Source: the human T2T-CHM13v2.0 reference genome, Homo sapiens
Reading direction: 5' to 3' (one strand)
Length of the DNA: 64,000 bases
Assembly: GCF_009914755.1 (NCBI RefSeq)
Contig: NC_060926.1
Position numbers and translations under genes: made by a program. The notes below the pieces were generated by a model. It searched no databases. It saw only the letters and a list, made by a program, of their open reading frames with translations, and was not told the DNA's origin. Shown here piece after piece: positions 1-15,050 of the stretch. Each line of letters opens with the position of its first letter. Position 1 is the stretch's first letter.

Positions 1-2210
1 CTCTGTTTCCCTCTCTCTCCCACACCCTTTTGTCTCTACATTATAGCAATTATATCACGTTTTATGTAATAATATGATATTATAATAATATACATTATAG
101 CAACTACCCATAGTCACAATTCTATGCCCCCTTACTCTATTTTTCCCCATGTACCACACTTAACATATTATATGTTTACTTATATGTGTGTTTCCCTAGC
201 ACATTAGACTCTTTCAATATAAATGAATTAATGAATTATTCTAAAGGTAATAACCAATTGAAACCCAAAAGAAAAAAAAATAAGGCGGTATAAACAGTAG
301 AAATACAAAATTTTCATTATTTACTATATATGACTGTGCTCTTGGACAACAAACACTTGAAAAAAAGGCAGAAACAATTTTTTAAAATCCTTCAATAACA
401 TATTAGAATATGTCAAATTAAATTGTGTACCTAAGAATAAGCTTTAAAACCCATAGGCTCCATACAAAGTTTAAACTTGCCTTTAAAATCTTTAAAATGA
501 TTATTTAAACATTATTTAAACTACATTTTATTTAAATATTAAATATTTAATTTAATATTATTAAATTATCATTTAAAACAGAATCTGCTCTGTTGTTAGT
601 TTTCATGTTAAATAGCTGTTTGATACTGCAAGTAATTATTTCATTATAATGACATCTGTCAAGATGCTTCTGGAAAACCATGTTAGCTTATGAGAGTCAT
701 GAAGATGTTAAACATGTAGAAGACAGAAATAAAGATGACAAAAGGAAAATAAGAAAACAAAGTATTCTGTGAGATAAAAGACCTGAAAAAAACAAAAGAC
801 ACTTCCCTTCTGAATAGAAGAACTTACTATGGTAAAGACAGCAAGTACCTTATGAATTAATAACTGTATTAATGTAATTCCAATAAAAATGCCAGTTGAA
901 TCCTGAAAAAATTATACTTAAATTCACCTGAAAAAAATAAACATGAAGGAACAGTTTTCTACTAGATATTACTTTGAAATAAGTAGCTCTTATTTAGAAT
1001 TGATACATCTGGAATAATTCTCATCCTTCTGATTCTTTATCCTGGATCATGTTAAATGTCCTTTGGCCAGAAACAAGAAAAAGAAATAAAAGACATCCAA
1101 AGTGAAAAGGAAAAAGTAACATTATATTTGCTGGAAGATGACATGACATTGCATATAGAAAGCTCTAAAGATTCCACAAAAAAACTGTTAGCACTAATAA
1201 ACAAATTCAGCAAAGTTGCAGGATACAAAGTCAAATGCATTTATATACACTAACAACAATCTGAAAAGGAAATTAAGAAAATAATCCCAATTGCAACAGC
1301 ATCAAAAAGAATACCTAGTAATAGACTTAACCAAGGAGGAGGAAGACCTGTACTCTGAAAATTACAAAACGTTTAATTAGAAAAATAAATGTAAAGACAT
1401 GCCATGTTTATGGACTGAAAGAGCATTGTTAAAATGTTCGTACTACCCAATGCGATCTACAAATTCAATGTAATCTGGAGAACAAACAGCAACTTTTTTC
1501 TTTCAGAAATAGAAAAAACAATCCTAAAATTTAGATAGAACCACAAAGAACGCCAAATAGCCAAAACAATCTTGAGAAAAAAGAATAAAAGCTGGAGGTC
1601 TCACACTCCTGGTTTCAAAACATATTACAAAGCTACAGCAATCAAACAATATGGCACTGGCATAAAGACAGACATATAGACCAACGGAATAGAGAAAAGA
1701 AAACCCAAAATAAACACATGCATATAAGGTCAAATCCTCTTTCACAAGGATGCCAAGACTATGCAATGGGATAAAACAGTATTCAACAAAGGTGCTGGGA
1801 AAAACTGGATGGCAGCATGCAAAAGAATGACATTGGACGTTATCCTACATACACAAAAAATTCAGCTTTAATTTATTAAATACTTGAATATTAATTAAAT
1901 ACTTAAATGCAAGGCCTGAAACCATAAAACTCTTATAGAAAAACACAGGCCAAAACATTCATAATATTAGTCTTGGCAATTATTACTTGGATATGACATT
2001 AAAAGCACAGGCAACAAAAGCAAAAACAGACAACTGAAATTCCACCACTAAAAAGCTTCCGCACAGCACAAGAAACAGAATTAAAAGACTACCTATGGAA
2101 TGTAAGAAAATATTTGCAAACCATATATCTGATGAGGGGTTACTAGGCACTCCTACAATGCAACAGCAAAACAAAACCCACCAAATAACTGGATTCAAAA
2201 ACGAGCAAAG

Positions 2211-2670
<460 letters not shown>

Positions 2671-3243
2671 AAGAGCAAAGGACTTGAACAGAAATTTCTC
2701 AAAAAAAGATATACAAATGGCCAACAGATCTATATCAAAAGATGCCCAACATTACTGTCTTCAGGGAAATGCAAATCAAAAACATAATGTCACTTCTCAC
2801 CTGTTCAGATAGCCATTATAAAAAAAAAAAAAAAAAAAGAAGACAATAGCAAGTGTTGTCCAGGATATGAATACCCCCGTCCACTGTTGATGGGAATGTA
2901 AAATGGTGTAGCCACTATGGAAAACAGTACAGAAGTTCCTCTAAATATTAAAAATAGAAATGCAATATGATCCAGCAATCTCACTTGTGGGTATATACCC
3001 CAAAGAACTGAAATTAGAATCTCAAAGAGACATTTGCACTCCAGGAAGCAGAATGGTCATGGCCAGAGACTGGGGGAAGTAAGAATTAGGAGTTGCTGTT
3101 CAATGTGTAAAGAATTTCAGTCACACAAGATGAAAATATTCTAGAGCATAATGTATAACATAATGGTTATAGTTAACAATACTGTACTAAATATTTAAAT
3201 TTGTTAAGAGAATAGGTATCATGTGACGTGTTTTTACCACCAT

Positions 3244-4251
3244 TGATAAAAAGAGACAAACTCTAAAATATTTGAAGAGATTTATTTTGAGCCAAATATG
3301 AATGACCAGTGGTCTGTAATACAGCTCCAAGAGATCCTGAGAACATGTGCCCAAAGTGGTTGGTTTTACACATTTTAAGGAGACATAAGACATCAATCAA
3401 AACGTGTAAGGTGGGCCAGGTGCGGTGGCTTACGCCTGTAATGCCAGCACTTTGGAAGTCCAAGGTGGGTGGATCACCTGAGGCCAGGAGTACGAGACCA
3501 GCCTGGCCAACATGGTGAAACCCCATCTTTACTAAAAATACAAAAATTAGCCAGGCGTGATGGCATATGCCTATAATCCCAGCTACTTGGGAGGCTGAAG
3601 CAGGAGAATTGCATAAACCCAGGAGGCAGAGCTTGCAGTGAGCCAGGATGGTGCCCCTGCACCAGCCTGGGCAACAGAGAGAAACTCTGTCTCAAAAAAA
3701 AAAAAAAAAAAAAAGATAATGGGTAGCAGAGACCAAGGTTTTATCATGCAGATGAAGCCTCCAGGTAGCAGACTTCAGAGCTTTTGTCAGACCTATGAAG
3801 TGCCAGACTCAGTTAATTCTCTCCTGGATCAGGAAAAAGACCTGGAAAGGAAAAATGAATCCTCTATAGAATACAGATTTCCCCCACAAGAGACGGCTTT
3901 GCAGGACCATTTCAAAATATATCAAAGAAATATACTTGGGATAAAATACTTCTATTTCTTTCAGGGCCTGCTATCTGTCATGTGATGCTATACTAGAGTC
4001 AGGCTGGAATTCTGTGTCTTATTGCTATAAAAAGTCTGTTCACTAGTCTTAAGATCTCTATTTAAATGTTAATGTTGGTCAGCTGAGCCTGAATTCCAAA
4101 GGGAGGAGGGTATAATGAGGATGTCGGAGTCTCATTATGATGGTAACATCATGGCCTGAACTAGTTTTTCAGGTTAACTTTGGAATGCCCTTGGCTGAGG
4201 AGAGCCTCCATCAGTCGGTTGGGGGGCTTAGAATTTTATTTTTGGGTTACG
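3244..4251 (-). mobile_element. MER4-family (ERV1) solo LTR, split by an Alu, 4-bp TSD CCAT
   Basis: Minus strand starts GTAACCCAAAAATAAAATTCTAAGCCCCCC (MER4 5' end); ccat at 3240-3243 and 4252-4255. Confidence 0.85.
3414..3714 (+). mobile_element. AluS inside the MER4 LTR, no TSD
   Basis: Full Alu with A-tail; flanks are not duplicated. Confidence 0.95.
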
Positions 4252-4259
4252 CCATAGTA

Positions 4260-4575
<316 letters not shown>

Positions 4576-4869
4576 CATAGTAATTTTTAAAATGTCCTAT
4601 AGCCAAGAGAAAAATGTAAGCTTAGACTACGAAAAATCAACAAGGTTTCTCATGCCATTGTTATGGGTATTTCACTCTCAAATCTTCCCATTTCCATTCT
4701 ATTTTAAACACAGAGAAGTGAGAACACACATCTACGTTACATGTAAAAGTGTTTTAAAGTCAATTTCAAATTAACTTTTAATTTCATGTGTGGTGTCATT
4801 CAAAATACATAATTTCTAAACTCCATTTCATATGGTAGAAACAATAAATGAAATTAACAGTACTTCAGT

Positions 4870-5518
4870 TGTTCGTGAAAGGAGTCAAACTCTGTAAAAT
4901 ATTTGAAGAGATTTATTCTGAGCCAAATATGAGTGACCAATGGCCCATGAAAGAGTCCTCAGGAGACCTGAGAACATATGCCCAAGGTGGTCAGGGTACA
5001 GCCTAGTTTTATACATTTTAGGAAGACCTGAGGCATCAATCAAATACATTTAAGATTTACATTGGTTTGATCTAGAAGGGTGGGACAGCTTGAAGCAGGG
5101 TGGTGGGGTGGGGGTGGAGGTGGTGGCTTCCAGGTTAGAGGGAGATTTTAAAAATTTTCTGATTGGCAATTGGTTTAGAGTTATCATCAATAGAAAGGAA
5201 TGTCTGGGTTCTGATAAGGGGTTGCGGAGACCAAGGTTTTATCATGCAGATGAAACCTCCAGGTAGTAGGCGTCTCTTCAGACGTAAATGTTTCAGACGA
5301 AATTTCAGACGAAGAAATGTTTCTCTTGAGATGTAAGATCTGTACTGATGTTAATACCAGTCAGCTTTCCCTGAATTCAGAAAGGGAAGAGGGCGTAGTT
5401 CCACCTCTGCTTCCATCATGGCCTGAATTTTTCAGGGTAACTTCGGAATGCCTTTGGCCCAGTGGAGGGGTTCGTTTAGATGGTTGGGAGGCCTTGGAAC
5501 TTTATTTTTTGGTTTACA
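4870..5518 (-). mobile_element. Second MER4-family solo LTR, 4-bp TSD CAGT
   Basis: TG...CA termini; cagt at 4866-4869 and 5519-5522; similar to the LTR at 3244-4251. Confidence 0.87.
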
Positions 5519-6091
5519 CAGTAATCTATGGCTAACATTCCAACTTCTCTTAAGTTGTCAATTACTGTGTCAAACTACTGGAGTACCAGGAAATACTCTG
5601 AAACACTATATTAAATTATCAGGGTATCTTGAAACCCACTGGCTAATCTTTAAAAAGATAAGAAATTGGCTTAAGTAATTACAACATAAAATTAGAAAAA
5701 ACTTTTCTAAAACCACAGAAGCAGCACCCAACTTTGAATTTTTGAAGAAATATTAAAGCCCTGATCAATAACACAGAAATACAAAGGAAGTATCTAATAA
5801 TCCTATTGATTCCTACTTATTTCAAAACAAATGAAAAAATGATTAAAACAGCAATATTTGTATTTTTTTCAGAAATGAGAATGAAGAAAACAACCCTTCA
5901 AATACTTCACCTGATAAAAATAACTTAGAGTCTATTTATTTGTTTGGCTGTATTTTAGTAAGTGTTCTTGATTAATGTTTAAGATAAGTATCACTTACAT
6001 TTACATACATTGTTACTGAATGGCCTTTGAACTTGGGTTCCACAAAGCCAAGTAGAAATTCCCTTGCTCAAACTATCTAAACAAAAAAAGA

Positions 6092-6415
<324 letters not shown>

Positions 6416-6455
6416 ACCATGGCCCTGGCTCCCTAAAAAAAAAGTCTTACTCTAG

Positions 6456-6568
6456 AGCTGGGCATGGTGTTGGAAGCCTGTAGTCCCAGATATTTGGGGG
6501 ACTGAGGTGAGAGTTTGATCCAACCTGGGCAACATAGTGAGACCTCAACTTTAAGATAAAAAGAAAAA
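6456..6568 (+). mobile_element. Alu monomer fragment (FLAM-like)
   Basis: gctgggcatggtg...cctgggcaacatagtgagacc. Confidence 0.75.
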
Positions 6569-7216
6569 ATGTCTACCCTAATGCTGTGTTTCCCAACTCT
6601 GTTTTCCTAATGCCTCTCCCCAAGAAATTTTAATACCACAGATATTCTGCATGTTTATGTATTATGCATATATACATACATATATCTGTGCTTTGTACAT
6701 AAAAAGAATTAAGATTTTTTTCATCCCAAAGAACCAGTTCCACTCCTTTCTTATTTTAAAGGAATATTTGAGAAAACATTCTCTAGTGCAAATGGATTGT
6801 GTCCAGGTAGTCAGGGAAGGAGGGCTTAACTTGAGCTTCCTGACCTATAAACCTGTTTGGTCTCCTTTTCTTACCTGGATCCAGCTCTTTTGAGAGCCAG
6901 GTTTACCCGAGTGGTTCTGATGGAAGGCCCAAAATAAGGAAGGTACCCGTAACTCAGGACTGAATTTCTAGTGAAAATCCTCTGGAGTATATCGCGCCCC
7001 CTGCCTACTAAAAATTATGGCAGCAACCCTACAGTTTCTATATGTAAAGTAAGTATTATAGTAGACTCAAAAAATGTTTCTGGAGTAAGGACAGAAAAAG
7101 GAAAAATAGAGCACGGTGTAGATTTTAAGGGAAGTGAAGAATACAATGGGCAAAAATTTTTCTGTTTTTATCATGCCCACCAACAAGAACAATGACATAT
7201 TGTTTAAAATAGTTTT

Positions 7217-7542
7217 AGCTGGACACAGTGGCTCATGTTTGTAATCTCAGAACATTGGGAGGCCAAGGCAGGACAATCACTTGAGGCCAGGAGTTTGAGA
7301 CCAGCTTGGGCAACACAACGAGACCCAGTCTCTACAAAAAAAACTAAAAAATTAGCTGGGTGTGGTGATGCACACCTGTTAATACCAACCAGTAGTGAGG
7401 CTGAGGCAGGAGGATCGCTTGAGCCCAGGAGTTGGGGCTGCAGTGAGCTATGATCACATCACTATACTCCAGCCTGGGTGACAGGGTGAGATCCTGTCTC
7501 TAAAAGAAAAAGAAAAAAAAAATCCCAAAAAAGAAAAAAAGT
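7217..7542 (+). mobile_element. AluJ
   Basis: Diverged dimeric Alu. Confidence 0.9.
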
Positions 7543-7789
7543 TAAATAAAATAGTTCTAATTTTGGACGTTTTTAATTTCTCAACTTTCTGTTCTCTCAC
7601 CAGATCTGATTTAAAGATAATTTTTTTTAGCAGCTCCTGATCTGTTCTTGAGGTTACATAGGCATAAACCACAGCTGTATAAAACTCATGAAAATGAGTT
7701 TCTAAAATCAAAACAACAAACCTATTCTTCCCATAAACTCAATTTTTACATATATCGTACCTCTCCCTTATCCCTTGTAACCTATCAAT

Positions 7790-8560
<771 letters not shown>

Positions 8561-9901
8561 TTCTATGGAACCCACCAAATATAAGTTAGGCTACATCAGC
8601 CACTCTGCACTATGTGTATTCTTTCACACAGCATCCTACCTAGATATTCCCAACCCAGAGTATTTCGGAGTAAATAGTCAAAGGCGGATCTTCAGTGACC
8701 CATGAATTAAGTCTTTCTAGTCACAGCCATCACCGTTCCTTACTGCCAGCACCACCACCTACATATGCACACACACTCTGCTCAATGGGTTCTCCGTAGT
8801 TAGGCTGCTACTTACATAAACATTCTAGTTTTCACATTGGATAACAAGTTACTGGAAGGCAGGAACCATATCTCCGTATCTTCCTTCTAACTAAATTAAG
8901 TACTAAATAAACATCCTTGAAGCCAAATCACTGGTCATAAACAGAGGACTGAGAATAAGAAATACACTGCAGATAAACAAAACAAAAAGTCCTTTGTCAG
9001 TTGCTTTTTTATTTTGGAGCATTATTACCTTTCAATGTGTAAATATTCAATCTCTCCAGCTCAGTCAGCCTCAAGTCATAGTATGATTCTAATAAATTTA
9101 AGAGTGACTAAGCTATCCATGATTAACCTTTGAAGAATAATTATCATGAATGATGTAACAACTACTCTATTCATGATGGCGATAAACACAAGGCAGCACT
9201 GAATAAGCATATGGTGGCAAGGGATCCACAAAAACACTCAAGGGAGATGGGAAAAGGCACCAGATAAATCATATCCCCAATGTTTCGCCACTCTATGATG
9301 AAAGATAAGGAGGCAGAAAGCACCTCTACTACCTCTCAGGAAAGAAAAAACTAATGTCAAAGGCTGGCAGGAGAGAATATTCCATAACATTTAACTTTGG
9401 AGGTCCATGAAAAAATAGTGGAATAAGGTCTTATTGGTACTTTTTTGCACTTTTAAAATTTAGCTTTACAATTTAACGCATGTTGCTCTCACGGAAACAA
9501 AGCATAATACCCTATTTTCTCACTACAAGTTTCTCTGTTTATCAACCTCAGTAGTTTTCATTGTGTTGGAAAAGGAATGAGTTTCCCCATTTAGAAGAGT
9601 TTTTCCTATGAGTTGCTACCTAATGAATCACTGTTATCTATCTGCATTTGTATCATATTATAATAACTAGTGCTGCAAACAATACCACAAATGAGTATAA
9701 GTAACTTTTAAATTCTGACTTTAAATCACAAAAAGATTCCAGATCTATAACTTATTTATATAATAACACCTTATCAGAACTTGAAAATAAAGCCCCAAAG
9801 AATATATATATAAGTTCTATTCTACTAGCAAGCTCTGCCATAGCTCTCATCTTGATCCATTTTTAATTTTTTTTTCCCAAATAAGTCTCAAGAATTGGCA
9901 G

Positions 9902-10322
9902 TGTTCTAGCCGGATCAGCCACAGACCACAGGAACAAACCCGTCATCTGACAAATTCAGGTTTACTGACCCATTGCAATGAGGAAAACTACACGCCAGAG
10001 AAATCTTAGGGCATCTCACCAAAAGAAAAGATAAGAGTTTTTGTAATATTTTGAATAAAATGGAAGTGAGGTGAAATTTAAATGAAGTGGTGTTTTGATA
10101 GGCTTAGAGCAAAGGAGAGCTGTATGTAAAGGGGCAGACTTCAGGATTGGATTATAAAATGAACCCAAGGTTCTTTGTCCTTATAAGCAACAAAGTTACG
10201 ATGGATGTGAACACTGTCTCTTACCTGAAGCTCTGCCATCTGGGATGTAAATCAAGACTGCTTCTCTATGTCAAAGTGACTTAGGTTCTCCAGGAAAGAG
10301 TGGAATGTTTAACTCTTGCCAA
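9902..10322. mobile_element. Possible old LTR remnant
   Basis: tg start and an LTR-like motif (ggtttactgacccattgcaatgaggaaaactacac); family not recognised. Confidence 0.35.
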
Positions 10323-10324
10323 TA

Positions 10325-10404
10325 CACGTTGAATTTCCCTAATTCAAAAATCTGATATACACAATGCTCCAAAATCCACAACTTTTTGAGCACTGATGTG
10401 ATGC
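10325..10404 (+). mobile_element. Tigger4/MER46 terminal fragment
   Basis: ta-cacgttga...ccctaattcaaaaatc...aatgctccaaaatcc...actttttgagcactga matches the Tigger4 end. Confidence 0.7.
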
Positions 10405-12958
10405 AAATGAACTAAATTCTGCAATCAAAAAACAGAGTGGCTGAATGGATAAGAAAATAAGGCCCAATGATCTGTTGCCTACAAGAAACACATTTCACCT
10501 ATGAAGATACACAGACTAAAATAAAGGGATGGAAAAAGATATTCCACGCCAATGGAAACAAGAAAAGAACAGGAGTAGCTATATCAGAAAAAAAAGATTT
10601 CAAAATAGAAACTGTTAAGAAGAGCTAAGAAGGTCACTACATATATATCCTCTCTCTCTCTCTATATATATGTATATATATACGTATACATACACACACA
10701 TCTATCTATATACATCCTCTTGCTGAATTGATCCCTTTATACATATAATATATATTACATATATTTATATATTAAATTTTTGTAGAGCATTCAGACAAGA
10801 GCAAGAAATAAACGAGCATCCAAATTGGAAAGGAAGCAGTCAAATTATCCTTGTTTGCAGATTATATGATCTTATATTTGGAAAAATCCAAAGACTCCAC
10901 CAAAAAACTATTAAACTGATAAATTCAGTAAAGCTGCAGGACACAAAATAAATATTCAAAAAGTAGTATCATTTTTGTATGCCAAAAGTGAACAATCTGA
11001 AAAAGAAATCAAGAAAGAAATTCCATTTACAATAGCTACAAATAAAATAAAATAAAACACCTAGGAATTAACCAAAAAAATGAAAGATCTCTACAATGAA
11101 AACATAAAACATTGATGTAAGAAATTGAAGAAGTCACCAAAAAAAAATGGAAAGATATTCCATGTTCATGGACTGGAAGAATCAATATTGTTAAAATGTC
11201 CATACTACCCAAAAGAATCTAAGGATTTAATGCAATTCCTATCAAAATATGAATGACATTCTTCACAAAAATAGAAAAAATTATCCTAAAATTTTTAGGG
11301 ACCCACAGAAGACCTAAAATAGCCAAAGCTATCCTAAGGAAAAAAAAAAAAAGAAACTGTAGGAATCACATTACCTGACTTCAAATTATACTACAGAGCT
11401 ATGGTAACCAAAACAGCATGCTGCTGGAAAAACAGATACATAGATCAGTGAACAGAATGGAGAACCCAGAAATAAATCCAGACATGTACAGTGAATGCAT
11501 TTTCAACAAAGATACCAAGAACATACACTGGGGAAAGGACAGTCTCTTCAATAAGTGGTGCTGAGAAAACTGGATATCCATAAGCAGAAGACTGAAACTA
11601 GACCCCCTTCCTCTTACCATATACAAAAATCAAATTAAAATGGATTAAAGACATAAATCTAAGACCTCAAACTATGGAAATACTACAAGAAAACATTGGG
11701 GAAAATCTCCATGACACTGGTGTGGGCAAAGATTTCTTGAGCAATATCCTACAGGCACTAGCAACCAAGCAAAAATGGACAAATGGGATCACATCAAATT
11801 AAAAAGCTTCTGCATAGCAAAACAAATAATCAACAAAGAGAAGAGACAACCCCATGAATGGCAGAAAATATCTGCAAACTACTCATCTGACAAGGGATTA
11901 ACAACCAGATTATATAAGGAGCTCAAACAACTCCACTGGGGAAAAAAACCCTAATTCAATTTAAAAATGGGCAAAAGATCTGAACAGACATTTCTTCAAA
12001 GACATAAAAATGGCAAACAGGTATATGAAAAGGTGCTCAACATCACTGATCATCAGAGAAATGCAAATCAAAACTATACCATGAGATATTATCTCCCCTT
12101 ATTCAAAATGCCTTTTATCAAAAAGATAGGCAATAAATGCTGGTGAGAATGTGGAGAAAAGGGAACCCTCCTACACTGTCAGTAGGAATGTAAATTAACA
12201 CAACTACTATGGAGAACAGTTTGGAGGTTCCTCGAAAAACTAAAAATAGAACTACCATACAATCATGCAATTCCACTCCTAGATACATACTCAAAAGAAA
12301 GGAAATGAGTATATCAAAGAGAGATCTGCACTCCCATGTTTACTGCAGCACTATTCACAATAACCAAGATTTGGAAGCAACCTAAGTGTCCATCAACAGA
12401 TGAATGAAGAAAGAAATGTGATACATATGTACAATGGAGTACTATTCAGCCATTAAAAGGAATGAGATCCTGCCATTTGCAACAACATGGGTGGAACTGG
12501 AAGTCATTATGTTAAGTGATATAAACCAGGCACAGAAAGACAAACATCACATGTTCTCATTTATCTGTGGGAGCTAAAACTCAAAACAATTGAACTTAAG
12601 GAGATAGAGAGTAGAAGCATGGTTACCATAGGCTGGGAAGCTTACAGGGCTTGGTGGCGGGGTAGAAGGGATTTGGAGATGGTTAATTGGTACAAAAAAT
12701 TAGAAAGAATGAATAAGCCCTAGTATTTGCAAGCACAACAGGGTGACTTTAGTAACAACAACAACAAAAAATCCAATCATACATTTTAAAATAACTGGAA
12801 GAGTATAACTGGTCTGTTTGAAACACAAAGGATAAATACTTGAGATGACAGATATCCATCTACCCTGGTGTGATTATTATGCATTGCGTGTCTGTATCAA
12901 AATAGCTCATGTAACCCAGAAATATATATGCCTACTATGTACCCACGAAAATTAAAAA
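10405..12958 (+). mobile_element. L1MA2/3-like element: ORF2 endonuclease start, internal deletion, RT region to 3' end
   Basis: ORF2 homology throughout; L1MA1-3-type 3' UTR ending tactatgtacccacgaaaattaaaaat. Confidence 0.88.
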
Positions 12959-13556
<598 letters not shown>

Positions 13557-13826
13557 TTAAATTTTTTAAATTTAAAGCTGCATAATTAAGATGAGAAGCA
13601 ACAGTCAGACACCTTGGAGTAACTTCACATTTAAACAATTTGGTCAAAAGGTCTGCGTAAGTTTTTATTTTGCTTCAGGTTCAAATTGCTTATCAGCTGT
13701 AAAAAAAGGAAAAAGGAACAAACTCTAGACAGAAATTCTTAAAATCCAACATGTTGCACTAGACTATTTCAGACTTAATTTTTGTTTCCAAAAAATGGAA
13801 GACTAGCCATCAAAAACTCTAATTTA

Positions 13827-14106
13827 GGCCAGACATAGTGGCTCATGCTTGTAATCCTAGCAGTTTGGAAGGCCGAGGTGAGAGGTCTCTTGAGACCAGG
13901 TATTCAAGAGCAAACTGGGCAATATAGTGAGACCCTGTCTCTACAAAAAATAAAAATTAGCTGGGTGTCATGTCATACGCCTGCAGTCCTAGCTACTTGG
14001 GAGACTGAGGTAGAAGTATACCATGAGCCCAGGAGATCAAGACTGCAGTGAGCCACGATCCTACCACTGCACTCCAGCCTGGGCTACAGTGACACTGTCT
14101 CTTAAA
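13827..14106 (+). mobile_element. AluJ
   Basis: Diverged Alu. Confidence 0.9.
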
Positions 14107-14469
14107 CACACACACACCCCTCTACCTTAGAAAAATGTGAGCGTAACACCACTCGTGAAGTAGTTCCCTCCTCCATACCCCAAATAAAACCGGAGTCTAC
14201 TCAGTTCTCTAGAGATATCTATCAAGTCACCAAAGAATATATTACATGATGCTACAACAAGGCAATCAGCAAAATCTGGACTGGGGGGGAACTTTACAGG
14301 ATAAATGATCGAGTTACTTCCACAGAAAATTACAAGGAAAAAAGATAAAAAGAAATTAAGTGGGAACCTATAGATATAACGTAGCAACTATTTGCTAAGC
14401 GTAGGTCTTATTAATAAAGAACTGTAATGTTGTTAATGGTTGTAGTTACGTATCTTTAATAATTTTATT

Positions 14470-15050
14470 AAGGCATACGTTTAAATTGGATAGTTCAGCA
14501 ATTTCAAGTGTATAATTCAATGGTGCTTTTAGTAAATTTACCAAGTTGTACAACCATCACTAGATTATTCCCATAAGACCCTTCACGTACAATAATTGTT
14601 AGTCCACCTCGTCCCCAGCTCACCAGATTAACTTTCTGACACCACAGATTTGCCTTTTCTGAACCTTTCACATGGAATCATACAGTATGCAGTTTTGTGT
14701 GTCTAGCTCCTTTCACTTAGCACGTTTTGGTCACCTATGTTACAGCATGCTATCAGCAACTTGTTTTTATTGTTGAATAGTATTCAATTGTATGAACACA
14801 ACATATTCATTCACCAGTTGATGGGCAGTTAGACTGTTTCCAATTTTGAGACATACTGTGAATAATGCTACTATAAACATTTGTGCATGACAATCATTGT
14901 GTCGGCAGATATGCAAGAGTAGAATTGCTGGGTCATTATGGCAAATTTATGTTTAACACTTTAAGGAAGTGACAAACTGTTTTCCAAAGTGGTTGCACCA
15001 TTTTACATTTCCACCAGCTGTGTATGAGGGTTCCTGTTTGTGATTACACT
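14470..15050 (-). mobile_element. Old L1 (MB/ME) 3' fragment
   Basis: aagtgtataattcaatgg...gtacaaccatcac...ttttccaaagtggttgcaccattttacatttccacc. Confidence 0.75.

Noticed and set aside
480-580. AT-rich quasi-palindrome (also 17690-17775)
   Set aside because: Imperfect, and expected by chance in nearly pure A/T low-complexity sequence.
5095-5127. G-quadruplex in the MER4 LTR
   Set aside because: Only three runs of three or more G lie in close spacing; weak, with no supporting context.
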